DNA of 63,838 bases, filler included, from Rozella allomycis CSF55 (GCA_000442015.1; 11 parts of 11 records of this genome joined end to end with filler, not necessarily neighbours in it); one strand, 5' to 3'. Shown: positions 24,041 through 36,357, counted from the first letter of the whole stretch. The notes: generated by a model from the letters alone, not told the origin. Translations and numbers: made by a program.

Positions 24041-25389
24041 ATAATAGAATTAGATTCTTTTTCATTTTTAAGGTCGGATATAATTTGATTTAATGTATTC
24101 AAATTGTCTTGATTAATCAAGTAATTGTTCTTTGATTCTTGGATGATACGTTGCATTTCATCATTCAGTGACTTTTTGCTTTCTTCGGCTTTCTTTAGCT
24201 TTTCTTGCACTTCTTCTTTGTCTGATTTGTTGCAACTGAGTTCATTAACACGCTGACGGAACTCTTCAATTTCTTCTTTTAACTTGCTATTTTCTTCTTT
24301 CAACAATAAAATAGAAGATTTTAATTTTTCCACTTGCTCTTCATTCAATTTCTTTATATCATGTAACTGATTCTCAAATTCGGGATGTAAGACATCCTTT
24401 TCAGATTCCGCAATCAGAAGCTTTTCATTTAGCTCCTTAATTTCAACCAATTTTAATTCATATTGATTTTGAATTTCTTTAGAAAATTTCTCAACTGTAT
24501 CAATCTTTTCCTTTCCGTTGGTCTAGTGGCTAACCATGATGCTTACGGACGTCTAGGTGCATGGTTCGATCCCCATCCATGTTTCCGAATTTTCTGGGGT
24601 TTTCAGGTTGAGGCAAGGTTCGACTCCTTGGTGATTTTGACGATGTGGATCCCTCATCCTTAATAAATACGATTATTTAAATAACTGTATATATTTAAAA
24701 TATAAAAAAAAATTTAGTTCATTTATAAGTTTGATTCTGTCATCAACATCAAATTTTAACAACAAAACCTCATTTTCCGCCTTTAACAATTCATTTGATT
24801 TTAATGCTAAATTATGTTTGCAATCGTTTATTTCATCTTGTTGTCTCTCCAATTCTACCATCTTTGTATTTAATTCATTTTCAATGGTGTTTTTAAGCTC
24901 CAACAATTCGTACATTTTTTGCATCGAGATTTCAATCTAAACATCATCAATTATAATAATAGTTACCTTATTTTCATATTCTTGTTTTATTTGTTCATTT
25001 TCGGCGACCAGTTTTTCAAACTTGTCAGTAAACGAGTCTCGCTCTTTTTCAAGTTCATACTCAAAGTAATTAATTTTATTTGTTTGCTCATTTATAATCT
25101 CATTTTTTTCTATAATTTCTTTCCTAGCATTTTCAATATCTTGCTCTTTGTTAACCAGCATTTTTTCCATCTCATTTTCTCTTTCATTTAACTTCTGTAT
25201 GGCATCATTATAATAAATTTCTTTAGTTTTAAGTCCATTGTTTTGGATTTTCAAAGATTCTACTTCATTTATAGATTGATTATATTTTTTGTTTACATCT
25301 TTCAAATTCATGTTTAATCTATCATTAGCAAGATTCATTTCGTTTAATTCATCTGAAACACGAGAATATTCATGAGTAAGTTTATTATT
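24041..25389 (-). CDS. Long coiled-coil protein (partial), interrupted by a SINE-like insertion
   Basis: E/K/N/L heptad-rich ORFs with a 30-nt intron at 24937-24966. Removing 24515-24715 restores ...INELKEKIDTVEKF... Confidence 0.7.
24515..24712 (+). mobile_element. tRNA-derived SINE-like element (198 bp) with a TTT target-site duplication
   Basis: A box TGGTCTAGTGG (24519-24529), B box GGTTCGATCCC (24563-24573), second T-arm CAAGG-TTCGACT-CCTTG (24614-24630), AATAAA, and an A9 tail. TTT flanks both sides (24512-24514 and 24713-24715). Confidence 0.8.
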
Positions 25390-25599
25390 NNNNNNNNNNN
25401 NNNNNNNNNNNNNNNNNNNNNNNNNNNNNNNNNTTAATTAATTAANNNNNNNNNNNNNNNNNNNNNNNNNNNNNNNNNNNNNNNNNNNNTCTAATATCAT
25501 CATGTCATTAATATGTCTGGTACGACAATAAGCAATCGATTATTTAATAAATAAATATATCTATAAGCCTTTTGATGGATATGATAGCCAACAAAAATT

Positions 25600-27237
25600 G
25601 CTTAAATAGCTAGTGGATCTAATTTCTTTTTAGAATGTTTCTGAATATGAACATAAGCCACAGTGCCAAAGTTTTGTAAATGTTTCAAAGATGGTTTCTG
25701 TTTGAATAAAAGTTGAAAGGGTGTAATAAGCTTCTATGTTGGTGATCTGTTTCTAGTATAAGTAGAGCATAGCAAGGCTTCTCCCCAATATTCTTTTGGA
25801 AGATTTGATTCTACTAACATTGCTCTCACTGAATTCATAAGTGTATACATTTCATTTTTCTCTCAGCCACACCATTGTTTTGAGGTGAAAAGCCAACTGT
25901 TGCGTGAAGCTGTATTCCATTTTCCTTGCAGAACTCTCATCGCAAACTATTTCACCAATATCACTGCGCAATATCTTTTTGTTGTTTCCAGTTTAATTCC
26001 TCAAAATAGCATTTACCTGTACAAAATATTTGACAATAAGAGTGCTTGCTTTAGATGGAGTATGAAACGTAAATGTATACTTTGAATAGTGATCAGTAAA
26101 GGTTATAAAAAATTTAAATCTGCCAGAAGTTTCTTCTTCCATCGGACCACACAGGTCATAATGAACAAGATCTCCTATATTTTAATAAACAGTTTCGGAT
26201 GTCTTAAAAGGTACGCTTTTACATTTTCCAATAGCACAAGATTCACAAGGTATATTAAATTTAGGCAAAGTAGAATCCGCAATTCTAGCAACATCCAGAT
26301 AAGTTAAATGAATTATCCTTAAATTCAACTCCTTAAGATCTTGTTGATGGGTAAAAATGTAAGATGTTGATTGTGTTACAAATGACGATGGAATAAAGCG
26401 ACGTTTTAATTCAACCTGATACATACCATCTTTCTTCTTTCCTTCCATTATTATTCTACTGTTGTTGAGAAACTCTTTAATATCTGCTGATTCTTTAATA
26501 ACATATACTTGATTCATATAAAACAGAACTGACTGATTATTATCACAGAGACGACTGATAGAGATCAGACGCATTGTAGCATCAGGAACATACCGACAGT
26601 TGTTTAAAGTAATACAAGAGTTGTTGTTTTCATAGCACGCTTTTCCTCAACGAGGTGGCATTGCAAACTGACCATTAGCACACTTAATAGAAGCCGGACT
26701 GGTGAGATAACAATTAAAATTATCTCTATTGTAAGTAAGACGATCCGTGGCTCTTGAGTCCAAAGTCCAAGATGTGAAGGTTTGAGCGACATTGGCTTGA
26801 GCTTTTTAGCAACATAAGAATAATGCGCCAAATTAATTGATCAATATAAATGACTTTAGCGGCGCATGCCGCTCTCATTTGCTTCACCATTGCTCTTATA
26901 CCATTGATATCTTCCTGGTAGTTTCAGAACAGGTAAATTGAGTCGGTTCTTTTAGGTAGCGAAGTGTATTTGCAATATTTGCACCAAATTATTCCTTTCT
27001 AAAATAGTCCCAAACTGCAGGTACTTCGTGAAGTTGTCGAAGCGTCAGGCTGGTCAAAATGTCGGTACTAACGTTGGTAATGATCGCTTCAAAGGCTTTG
27101 TCGTTGTTGACTGGCTTGTCGGTAACGTTGTCCCAAAGGCTGTTGTTTAACAGCGCGGTATACCAGACGCTGTAGTCTAAAGCACCAGTGAGCTGGACTC
27201 CTGTAGCATACTTAGTGTTGTTGTTCTCCTTTGCCAT
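25600..27237 (-). mobile_element. Degenerate Ty1/Copia element (gag, protease, GAG-pre-integrase, integrase)
   Basis: QLTGALDYSVW, WTLDSRATD, YVPDATMRLISISRL, CESCAIGK, LVHYDLCGP, NLPKEYWGEA, KPSLKHLQNFGTVAYVHI. Confidence 0.85.
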
Positions 27238-27849
27238 TTTAAGTTTGTGAGCTCTCGTGCTTACAAAGTTTCAGAAATGGGTTAGAGAAGATAACTAAAT
27301 AAGTTAACGGACGTGTTATTTAAGTCATGGAAGCTTCTTATATGTTTGACGAGTTTCCAAATTGGGACGGCAGCATGATCATGAATTATTAAATATCAAC
27401 ACTGATCATGTACGATCTTAATGCCTGCATGTTTGAAATAGATCTCAAGCTATTATTTGACTTTTTTTCTTAAAATAGACGAATGGCTTCAGGATATTGT
27501 TGATCATTGAAAAAGAAATGGTCTTTGGAATGATATAATATGCAGAGAGTCAACTCTTTCCAAAGTACTGCGGTTGATTGCTACTCCACGGCTTATGTTC
27601 TACTACATGAATTTGCACCGCCTTCTAACTTCGATGAACACCTACACATTTTGTCTTTCAATAAAACAGAAAATTGACTCATATGTCTTTAGTAATTTTC
27701 GTAAAATAAGCTTCTTATTGTGGTTCAGCGATTCAGAATTGCAAAGTAGATTTAACTGTTCCTCACCTAATTTCCTAGTTGTTTATCTTTCTAATGCTAG
27801 TTCCTTGAACATTTATAGACTCTGCCTCTGACACTGTTCTAGCTACCGC

Positions 27850-28450
27850 CTAAGGTCGCACCTTTTAATGAAATTTTTTGCGCTTCTGTTTCTGACCAAT
27901 TTTACTTTCTCCCACTCTATTGACACATGCTGGATCAAAATCTAATTCAGCCAATAAATAGTCATCAGAGTCTAATAAATCGTCAATCTTTTTTCCACTT
28001 TCGAGAACACTAAATTCAACGTGATATATTCTTTGTCTTTATTCATCCTAAATAAACTTACATTGACTCTTTCCCTCTTATCTGCTCTTTTAAATACGTT
28101 TTCCATTAATTTATAAGACCGACCATCACTGTGTATGTTCCTAGTTGAACTTTGCTGTTTGAGAAATTCTTAGTTAGCACAGGCGTTGAAAATTCAAAGG
28201 GTTTTCCACGTAGTACCTTAACACAACATAACATGGCACTCTGACAGTGATGCTGTTAAAACTAATTGGTAATTCATAAATACATTCTAGCACATTAGAT
28301 CGAATGCCGTAAGGGTTTAACATGTTGATTGTTTCTTCGGTTGCTATCCCTGCCATAATTGCAGAAAACACGTCGTCTGACATAACATAAATTTCTGACC
28401 CTAAATCAATCGTAACTAACAATTCAACTGCATTTAACAAAGCATCAAAT
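27850..28450 (-). mobile_element. Retroelement aspartic-protease-region remnant (Gypsy-like)
   Basis: LLNAVELLVTIDLGSEIYVMS resembles the retropepsin IDxGSE motif. Disrupted. Confidence 0.45.
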
Positions 28451-28859
28451 TCTAAAACCGTCGTTGTATATACCGTAATAGTCGGGCCGATAGTTGGTCT
28501 TGCCCGACGCCAAAAGGGTGGTCAAGCCACCAAAAAGTGCAAAGCCGACGTCGACGCCGTTATGACGTAACTTATTTTATACGGCTACAAAAATAATACT
28601 AAAAATTATGCCTCATTGGTATTTCTAACTACAGAACTCCTGACATTTATGGGAAGATTAGAATAGTGACCGACTTACGAGACCAGAGTTCTAAGCCGTG
28701 TTTAAGGCAACCAATAGAGTCAAAATTTGGGATTGCCAAAATAAATTCCTTTTCATACTATTTAAATAGATTTCTGTTTTAAAATATTGAGTAGCATATA
28801 TTTTTCATTCGAAGAATAGGGTTTGGAGTAATTATTTGAAGATACCCTTTACACCCAAA

Positions 28860-30190
28860 TTTACGAATTTACTCTGTAAAAACCTTTTGAAAATATTCTG
28901 TACATTTTTTCGTGTTTTGGAAAGAGACTGGGAAAAGTCGTATGATTGCGAATGGAGTCTTGAATTCTAATGATTGTATTCCTGTTCTTTTTTGAATGTA
29001 ATTCGCCGTGTTTATTGCTTCCCCCCACATCGATGATGGCAATCTTTCAGAATGAAGCAGCATGGATAGTGAAGCTTTAATTGAAGTTCTCTTCTTTCTT
29101 TTTTTGTTCAGGAGTATATGCATGTGGATACCTTGTTCATGGAAAAATTTCTTCACACTTTTATTAACATATTTCCCCACCTTTGTCTGATCATAAAGTT
29201 TTAATTCTAAAAAATGTTCTGATTGTATTTTCTTGATCATCCTTGGGATGACTTCAATGACATCCGATTTCTTTTCAAGAAGTTGAAAATAGGTAAAGCC
29301 AGTATTGTTTTCAATAAGTGTGATCCCATTTAATTTCCCAGAAGTTGTTCTATTTTGTACTGGATCGAAGAGATCTGTGTTCCATACTTCACCGATATAG
29401 TAGTGCGATTGCGTTTTGGCGGTCAACCTGCTCGCATCCAATTACCAGGGTGCAAGATTTGCAAAAGGTAAAAAGATTTTTTTCATTGAAATGACCCCTT
29501 CCGCTGAATGAATTCTTCTTTAAAATTGCTCGGATGGTTGCTTTATTCACGTGACAAATTCGGGCGTGCCAAAGATTCATAGTGCTAATTTTCTGAAATT
29601 CAATATAGCAAGAACAAACAAAGAATTATCCATTGTTGGCAGCTTTAATCATAGTGAGACTTGTTTCTGGATCAACGAAATGGTACACTCCTTTAATGAG
29701 GTGAAGGTCCAATCTTTTGACAATAGGATTTGTGATAGTGAATACATTTTTGTAATAATTCTGGTACATACAATAAATGTTCTAAAGGAAATTTTTGATA
29801 ATGCTTTCAGGAAAGAGATTTCGAAGTGATACTTGTCCGAAAATTTTTGCGTTAATGACTCCTCCGTATGCTGTTCTCATTCTATATTTGTTTCTTGGGG
29901 TGAAATTCCTTTAACCTGAACGGTCATTGGTCATGTGTGTGGTGCAACCTGTGTCAATGATCCATTCGTTACCTGTGGTCAAAGCAGTGAGAGATTTCAA
30001 GTTGGTAAATGTTTCACTAGTGGATACGAGGTAAGCATCAGTCTCATGATTGGTGTCCAGATCACTGTGGAGGCAGTTGACGTAAAGTTCTTGTGTGAAA
30101 GCCTCTGTAGGACACCCACCTTTTATCATTTTTACTTAACACCCTATACCCCTGGAGTTGCGTATCTCGCGCCAAAATTGTGTAACTGGA
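28860..30190 (-). mobile_element. Second degenerate Ty1/Copia element (protease, GAG-pre-integrase, integrase)
   Basis: WIIDTGCTTHMTNDRS, LWHARICHVN...CKSCTL, LLEKKSDV, LPSSMWGEAINTANYIQKRT, KTPF. Possible PBS-like TGGCGC near 30168-30173. Confidence 0.85.
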
Positions 30191-31297
30191 GTTTAGGTCA
30201 AAAAAGTAAAAGTAAAAAGGCTTTGTTTCAATAATATTCTAACACAACCTAAAATATAGACAAAGGGACGCTTTATAATATTCAAGTACTTTATGCATTA
30301 ATGCGCAATGATAACAGAGAAACAATATAATGTAATATAAAATAGTAAATACCATCGATCTATTTTACTATAGGTAAATATACATTGTTTTGAAACGTTA
30401 AGGAAAGTTAGGCAATTGTAGTATGTAAAATCCTTAAAAATAGATCAAAAAAGGTAAAATGAGGTGAGAATAGTAATATTTAGGTATTCTTAAAAGACAA
30501 TGGTGCACCCGTAAAGAATTTAGCAAATACACTGTTCTCGTATCATCCAAAAACACAGTAAAAGCTATACCTATACAACCCTACTTTATTGCATCTAATA
30601 GAAATCGTTTTCATACCTAAAATCATAAATAGTAACGGGAAAAGTAGCAGCGGTATCAAGGTCAGTCAATTCATCTCGGAAACACCTATGGAAGCGAATA
30701 TCATTTTCTTTGTATTCGGAACCACTATGACCAACATTTGTAATACTAAAAGCGGAGTTGCCATGGTAGTTAGCGGATGTCAAGAATAAAATCGACGACT
30801 TTTCAAGCCCTAATTAATTATTTGCCATTATTAATGTATGTAGAACGTTGAATCTGGACATTACATTAACTCTACCGTTGCAGCGCCTCCTATAAAAGAA
30901 ATTGTAAATAAACAAACTTCCTCTTCGTTATGTTAAACGTTGTAGTACAAACTTCTATTACTGAAATAATGCAATTACTCCAAATGCACCATGTGGTAGA
31001 CGATGTTATTTATGTGNTATGTGTTACCGGATAATGGTACGCGACGTGAAAACTTTCATAACGTGTTGTCACCGGCTTTATGTGAATTAGAGCGGGTTTG
31101 CTATACGATTCCATACTCTCACATAGGATTAANNNNNNNNNNNNNNNNNNNNNNNNNNNNNNNNNNNNNNNNNNNNTTAATTAATTAANNNNNNNNNNNN
31201 NNNNNNNNNNNNNNNNNNNNNNNNNNNNNNNNTATGGAACAATTAATTAAGTGATACGTCATTTCCTTTTATAGGCACATGAGTAATTGATTGGATA

Positions 31298-31909
31298 ATG
31301 GTACATTGGTCGCTTATTAACTTTTTATCGTCTTTAGTTATATTCGCTCAAAGAAATTACGCGCTTCCGTATTTCAGAAAATATGAAACTGAAGTTTTCG
31401 GAATTCAAAAAATCGATGAAAGGTCGTCCATGGTGTACTTTGGAACAGGTGATCATAGGCTACAATACTGTACCTTTCATGACAACGGACTTAAATCATT
31501 CAATAACGTTACGTTAACAAAGCAATATCGACCCAATACGTCAGAAATCCATACAATCGAAGTTTTAAATGGCGGATATTCGGCAACATTGTATGGCGCG
31601 CGAACATCTTTTCTTATAGAAGGGTTCTTTCAACCGCGGGTATATCAGTTCGAATTCAATGAAAGCATATTTGCCTGGATGGGATTAGCTGATTTTGAAC
31701 CATTGATTCTTTTTAAAAGCGGCAATCCCAACTCTTACGATACTAGTGTTGCATCTTTTGATGCTAATGAGTTTTTCATTACTGGGAAGTCTGCTATTAT
31801 CATTAAGCGAGAATTTTCAAACAACACTGAAATAATTGTGGCAAGCGCCTACGTCGTAAATTTGATGGAGCAGAAAAAGGCCAACACAATATTGAATGAT
31901 GAAAATTGA
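31298..31909 (+). CDS. Putative secreted protein, 203 aa, paralog of 32533-33159
   Basis: Hydrophobic N-terminus. Shares L.YC.F, IEV.NGG..A, R.Y.F, WMG and IA.A..V..ME with the neighbour. Confidence 0.7.
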   Translation: MVHWSLINFLSSLVIFAQRNYALPYFRKYETEVFGIQKIDERSSMVYFGTGDHRLQYCTFHDNGLKSFNNVTLTKQYRPNTSEIHTIEVLNGGYSATLYGARTSFLIEGFFQPRVYQFEFNESIFAWMGLADFEPLILFKSGNPNSYDTSVASFDANEFFITGKSAIIIKREFSNNTEIIVASAYVVNLMEQKKANTILNDEN

Positions 31910-32066
31910 ACTTAAAATGAATAAAATTGAACTACGAATTTATCTACCGATATTGTCCCAGACATTGTCTTGATGGGTGTTGTTATACTGAATTAACCTT
32001 CTACTTGCGTGCACGTCCATTTCAATATGCGCAGCAAAAACGCTTTATATGTTTTAGCTTAAAAGT

Positions 32067-32330
32067 TTACTTTATAATTTGATATAGATCGTCCATAAAA
32101 TTTTCATCCCAAGCTAGTTCATCATCTCTGGAAATTAATAGGTCTTGGCGGAGATTAATTTTGTTCCAAAGATCGATCAACTGTGCAGATTGTTCGATCA
32201 ACTCTGGGGAGTCATCAGGAAAAGAGTTATATGCAATTTCAAAAAGAACTTCTGGAAGTTGACGACGTGAATGCCATGTATGAACTTCAGAGTTGATCAT
32301 AAAGTTTAACAAGAAACAAAAATTTGGCTC
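32067..32330 (-). CDS. Small hypothetical acidic protein
   Basis: An ~87-codon ORF with protein-like composition lying between the two paralogs. No motif recognised. Confidence 0.35.
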   Translation of the reverse strand, partial: EPNFCFLLNFMINSEVHTWHSRRQLPEVLFEIAYNSFPDDSPELIEQSAQLIDLWNKINLRQDLLISRDDELAWDENFMDDLYQIIK

Positions 32331-32532
32331 ATAGCTTATTACAAACTAAAATATTAGTAAACTTAATTTCGTAATTCGTTGACATAAAACAACATATTAA
32401 AAAAAGGTATTTCTAAGATTCTTATTTTTTGATTATGGTCAATATATTAAACGGCGCCACATCATACCGTCATCAACTTTAAATTAGGAGATCCATGAAA
32501 ACGTGGGTGCACCAAGCCACAAATTGTGAGAA

Positions 32533-33159
32533 ATGCTCTTGATCTTACTTTGTGTATTATGTATCCTACAGGGAAATACAAGTTTGCCGTTAGATTCAAA
32601 TTCGATATCAAGCTATATTCTTCAAAAACATGTATCAGACAATGTGTTAGTTCTGAAAGGTGAAGGACCCGAGCGAGGGATGTTGTACTGTAACTTTGAA
32701 AATGAAGTGGATGATCCCTATCACGTATTTTTGACGAAATATTTCAAAGACAGATCTTCCTGGCTTTATTACATTGAAGTGATAAATGGCGGTCATGGTG
32801 CACATATCGAAACCCCAAACGGTAGCATAACAATAAGGGCAATAGAAAATGTTCGACTATACGAATTCAAATATCTTGATAATCTATATATGTGGATGGG
32901 AGAAAATTATCATACAAACGTAACCCTTTATCATAATAAGGAGCCCGCATTGATGAGATTGCTGAAAGTAGGAGAATTTAATTTAAACGAATATGAAATA
33001 TTTAAACGGGGTACTGTTTCGATTATGCATGAATACTTGCATTTAAGTTCGCTTGTGATCGCAACCGCTTTTGCCGTGTACAAAATGGAATTAAAACAGG
33101 TGTCATACAAGAATACTGCGACAGAGAATATTAAAGACTTGTCCTCCAGCTTGCATTAA
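32533..33159 (+). CDS. Putative secreted protein, 208 aa, paralog of 31298-31909
   Basis: Signal peptide MLLILLCVLCILQGNTS and the shared motifs listed for the paralog. Confidence 0.75.
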   Translation: MLLILLCVLCILQGNTSLPLDSNSISSYILQKHVSDNVLVLKGEGPERGMLYCNFENEVDDPYHVFLTKYFKDRSSWLYYIEVINGGHGAHIETPNGSITIRAIENVRLYEFKYLDNLYMWMGENYHTNVTLYHNKEPALMRLLKVGEFNLNEYEIFKRGTVSIMHEYLHLSSLVIATAFAVYKMELKQVSYKNTATENIKDLSSSLH

Positions 33160-33318
33160 CTATGCTCTAGAAAATTGCTATTAATAAAGGAGTCTATATG
33201 CTTAAAAAGATATCCAAACTTTTACTTTGATAACAGAATTATATTTCAATTGTAGTTTTTAATATCTTTTTTGCCATATCATGTCGTTTTGGTTTTTGTG
33301 GCTTTTGAGCTTTGACCT

Positions 33319-34549
33319 ATGAGCGAAATTCCGGATCTCATAGTAGCCGAAGAATTCCAAGATGATAGAAAAGTTCCTGTTACTATAATAACTGGAATGT
33401 TGGGAAGCGGAAAAACAACCCTTCTGAACCATATTTTGACTGAAAATCATGGAAAGCGAATTGCAGTAATAATGAATGAATTTGCTGCAAGTATGTATTT
33501 GTACAAAACCAGATATAGCCGGAGATATAGAAAAATCATTAACTTTGAATGATCCAAATGGAGAATTTGAAGAATGGCTTGACCTTCAAAATGGTTGCAT
33601 GTGCTGTTCAGCAAAGTAACTTTTTATAGCATATTAGAATGTAGAAGTAATGCTGTTAATGCCATAGAATCTCTAATGTCAAGAAAAGGGAAATTTGACT
33701 ACATAATAATTGAAACGACCGGATTAGCTGACCCAGGTATACAGTGAAGATTATTGTGATAGCTCCCATTTGCCAGATGCTTTGGATGGACGAAGGGATG
33801 GAAAGTGACATTTATTTAGATGGAATAGTCACTGTTGTAGACGCTGCTAATATTATTCGTCAAATGAATGAGTCCAAGTTAATCAATGAGGCCACAAAGT
33901 AAAAATAGACCTGTTATAAAATCCAGACAAATAATAATGGCTGATAGAATTTTATTGAACAAAATTGATCTTACTACAGACTCCAAATTGGAGGAAGTGG
34001 AGAATACTTTGTTGAAAATAAATCCGCTTTCTGAAATCAAGAAGACAAAATATTCAAAGTACTTTTTGTATCATCAGTCTTATAGAATCGATAATATTGA
34101 TTTTATTTTGGGCATCAAAGCCTTCTCTTCTGCGGAAGAATCGATCAAGGTAAAATTGGCTCAAGTGTCCCTTAAGGAAAGCGCACATCAGATTAAGGTA
34201 CTTACTTAAATACTAGTTTATTCAAAGGGCATTAAAACTGTCATGTTAATTGATGATTTAGTACCTTTAAAAATAGAATCTGTGGAGAAATTTATTCAGA
34301 AAATTTTGTGGGAAGATAAGATCCCAGTTATGAGACTGAAAGGCATCGTGTGGACTGATACGAAAAATTATTACTCGATGCAAGGCGTTTATGAAACATT
34401 CGACATTATTCCATTTCAGTCAAACGATAAAGATTTGCAAAAGAGAACAAAAATAGTATTTATAGGTACACCAAATTAGTTGTTCAAATTAAGGCGAAAA
34501 TATTGATCGAGATTATCTTGAATCTCAATTTTCATTAATAAATAAATAA
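33319..34549 (+). CDS. ZNG1: COG0523/CobW-family zinc metallochaperone GTPase (ZNG1/CBWD)
   Basis: [66 protein letters not shown]. Multiple short introns. Confidence 0.92.
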
Positions 34550-34612
34550 ATGTAAAGGTCATTTTTAATTTATCATGCAGTTTTATTTTTAGAATATCGA
34601 CATCCAAGCCAC

Positions 34613-36245
34613 ATGCAAACATTTTTACTGCTGGTAACTTTTCTTGGCTCCATACTTGGAAGCCATATTCTGATCCCCATAATTAGAGATGATAAGTCTA
34701 ACGAATTCCAAAGAGACCATCTAGACATGTTGTACGGAAATTCGTTAAAAAATGCTTGGCTAACCTTTAACCTAAACAGATTACAAGAAGATGAACAAAA
34801 TCACAAAGTTGATATTCTCTTAATTCGTGAAAATCTACAGGAATCTTATTCAGGGACTATGTTTCGGTTGTCCTCACTTCAAGACGAAGTGTGGAAAGTT
34901 ATTGAATCTTATTCATGGCCAAAACCATCCCCACTAGGAAAAGAAAAAGACTTTATTTCTCAAGAACTTGGTAAAATTGGCGTCCGCGAAGGCTTTCACG
35001 TATCGTTCATTAAGATTCCAATCGTCGTGTATGAAATGTATATTCTTTCTCAGTATAATATGGCCAATAACTTTGATTATTACCTTTCCTTTGCATTTCA
35101 CAGTGTATTTGAACAAATAGATGACGGCGCTTTCAATATTTTTAAGAATGCTCATAATCCACACATTGAGAAAGGGTTTGTGTTTAGTATATTTTCTGAG
35201 CTGCTAAATATCATGATAGAACAAGGTTATGATTTCCAAAACGAACAAAACGAAAACAATTTTAATGTGCTTGATTCTATGGCTGAAATGTTTTTGAATC
35301 ACTTTTTGCAATACGATGATAGAGAATTTAAAAAGATTTTGAAGGACAAGTTTGATCCCAGTTTGAGTATGAGAAATTCGGTTAGCGCAAACATCCAAGT
35401 GACGCACAAAAAGCTAGTGCGGTTGTATGAAAATGTGGATAAACAATATAAACAGAGTATTATTCATGACATCCTCAGCCTTGAATTTGAGGCCATTAAG
35501 NATCCTCAGCCTTGAATTTGAGGCCGTTAAGAACCGCAATGTTTTGTTGTACAGGGCCGTCTTCCCACAAAACAATAATATCGTGGATTTTCCTTTAGAG
35601 GTTATTAACAAGAAAATTCTAACACTTGAATCTGCCAAAGCCAGTTTAAATACGTCAAAAAGAGTCCGTATCCATTCATACGGGTTCTCTCTATTTGCTG
35701 GTGCGCTAGCTGATCAAGGAGCTTGTACTTTCACCATCTCTTCAAGGTTGATATTTGTAGTTCCTCTTTCATTGGCAGAAGCTAAGAAATACTTTTATTT
35801 ACCGGAAGAATATATTGGATATCAGATGTGGGAGAAGGGAGAGAATTTTCATCCTCGACTGGCTTTGGGAAACAGAGAGGGAATGGGTCAATTTGTATTA
35901 GGGGGTGATGCGATGTCAGCCCCTCTTGAGAACCATGAATTAGTGAATGAGTATTTGGAGAACATTTATGATAGGAAGAAGTATGTACTTTTTCAAGAAA
36001 AAAGAGTTTATGGAGATGCTGAATTTAAGAATACTGTTGTAAAATTCAAGGACATTGTTGAATATCAGCCAAAACCTGTGGAATCAAGTCTTTCTAACAA
36101 GGGAAACGAATCTATCAGTGATGATGGTAAAGCAACCAATATGTACGTGATAATCGTTGGAGTTTGTGCTGGGTTTTCTCTTCTAGGAATATCTACCTTT
36201 GTTTATCTAAGAATAAAAAAGAGGAACGACTATTCAACTAAATAA
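34613..36245 (+). CDS. Type I membrane orphan protein (~533 aa) with a putative ADP-ribosyltransferase-like domain
   Basis: Signal peptide MQTFLLLVTFLGSILG. The two ORFs fuse when the 30-nt duplicate plus n 35501 is removed. Motifs LLYRA, HSYGFSLFAG and GENFHPR. C-terminal TM YVIIVGVCAGFSLLGISTFVYL-RIKKR. Confidence 0.75.
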
Positions 36246-36357
36246 AACAACTTTTCATTATATTTTTTTCAATTATTGAATCGTAACACTTGCTTTAAAA
36301 TAGATTCTATTTTTTCCATTCTGGTCATATTTGAAATTTCAGAAACTTCTTTTGAAA

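Noticed and set aside
24515-24590. Functional tRNA gene
   Set aside because: No good acceptor stem, an 8-nt anticodon-like loop, and an A-tail with TSD inside a CDS. A SINE explains it better.
30400-31132. Hydrophobic minus-strand frames suggesting a transporter pseudogene
   Set aside because: Multiple stops and no identifiable family motif, so the call cannot be supported.
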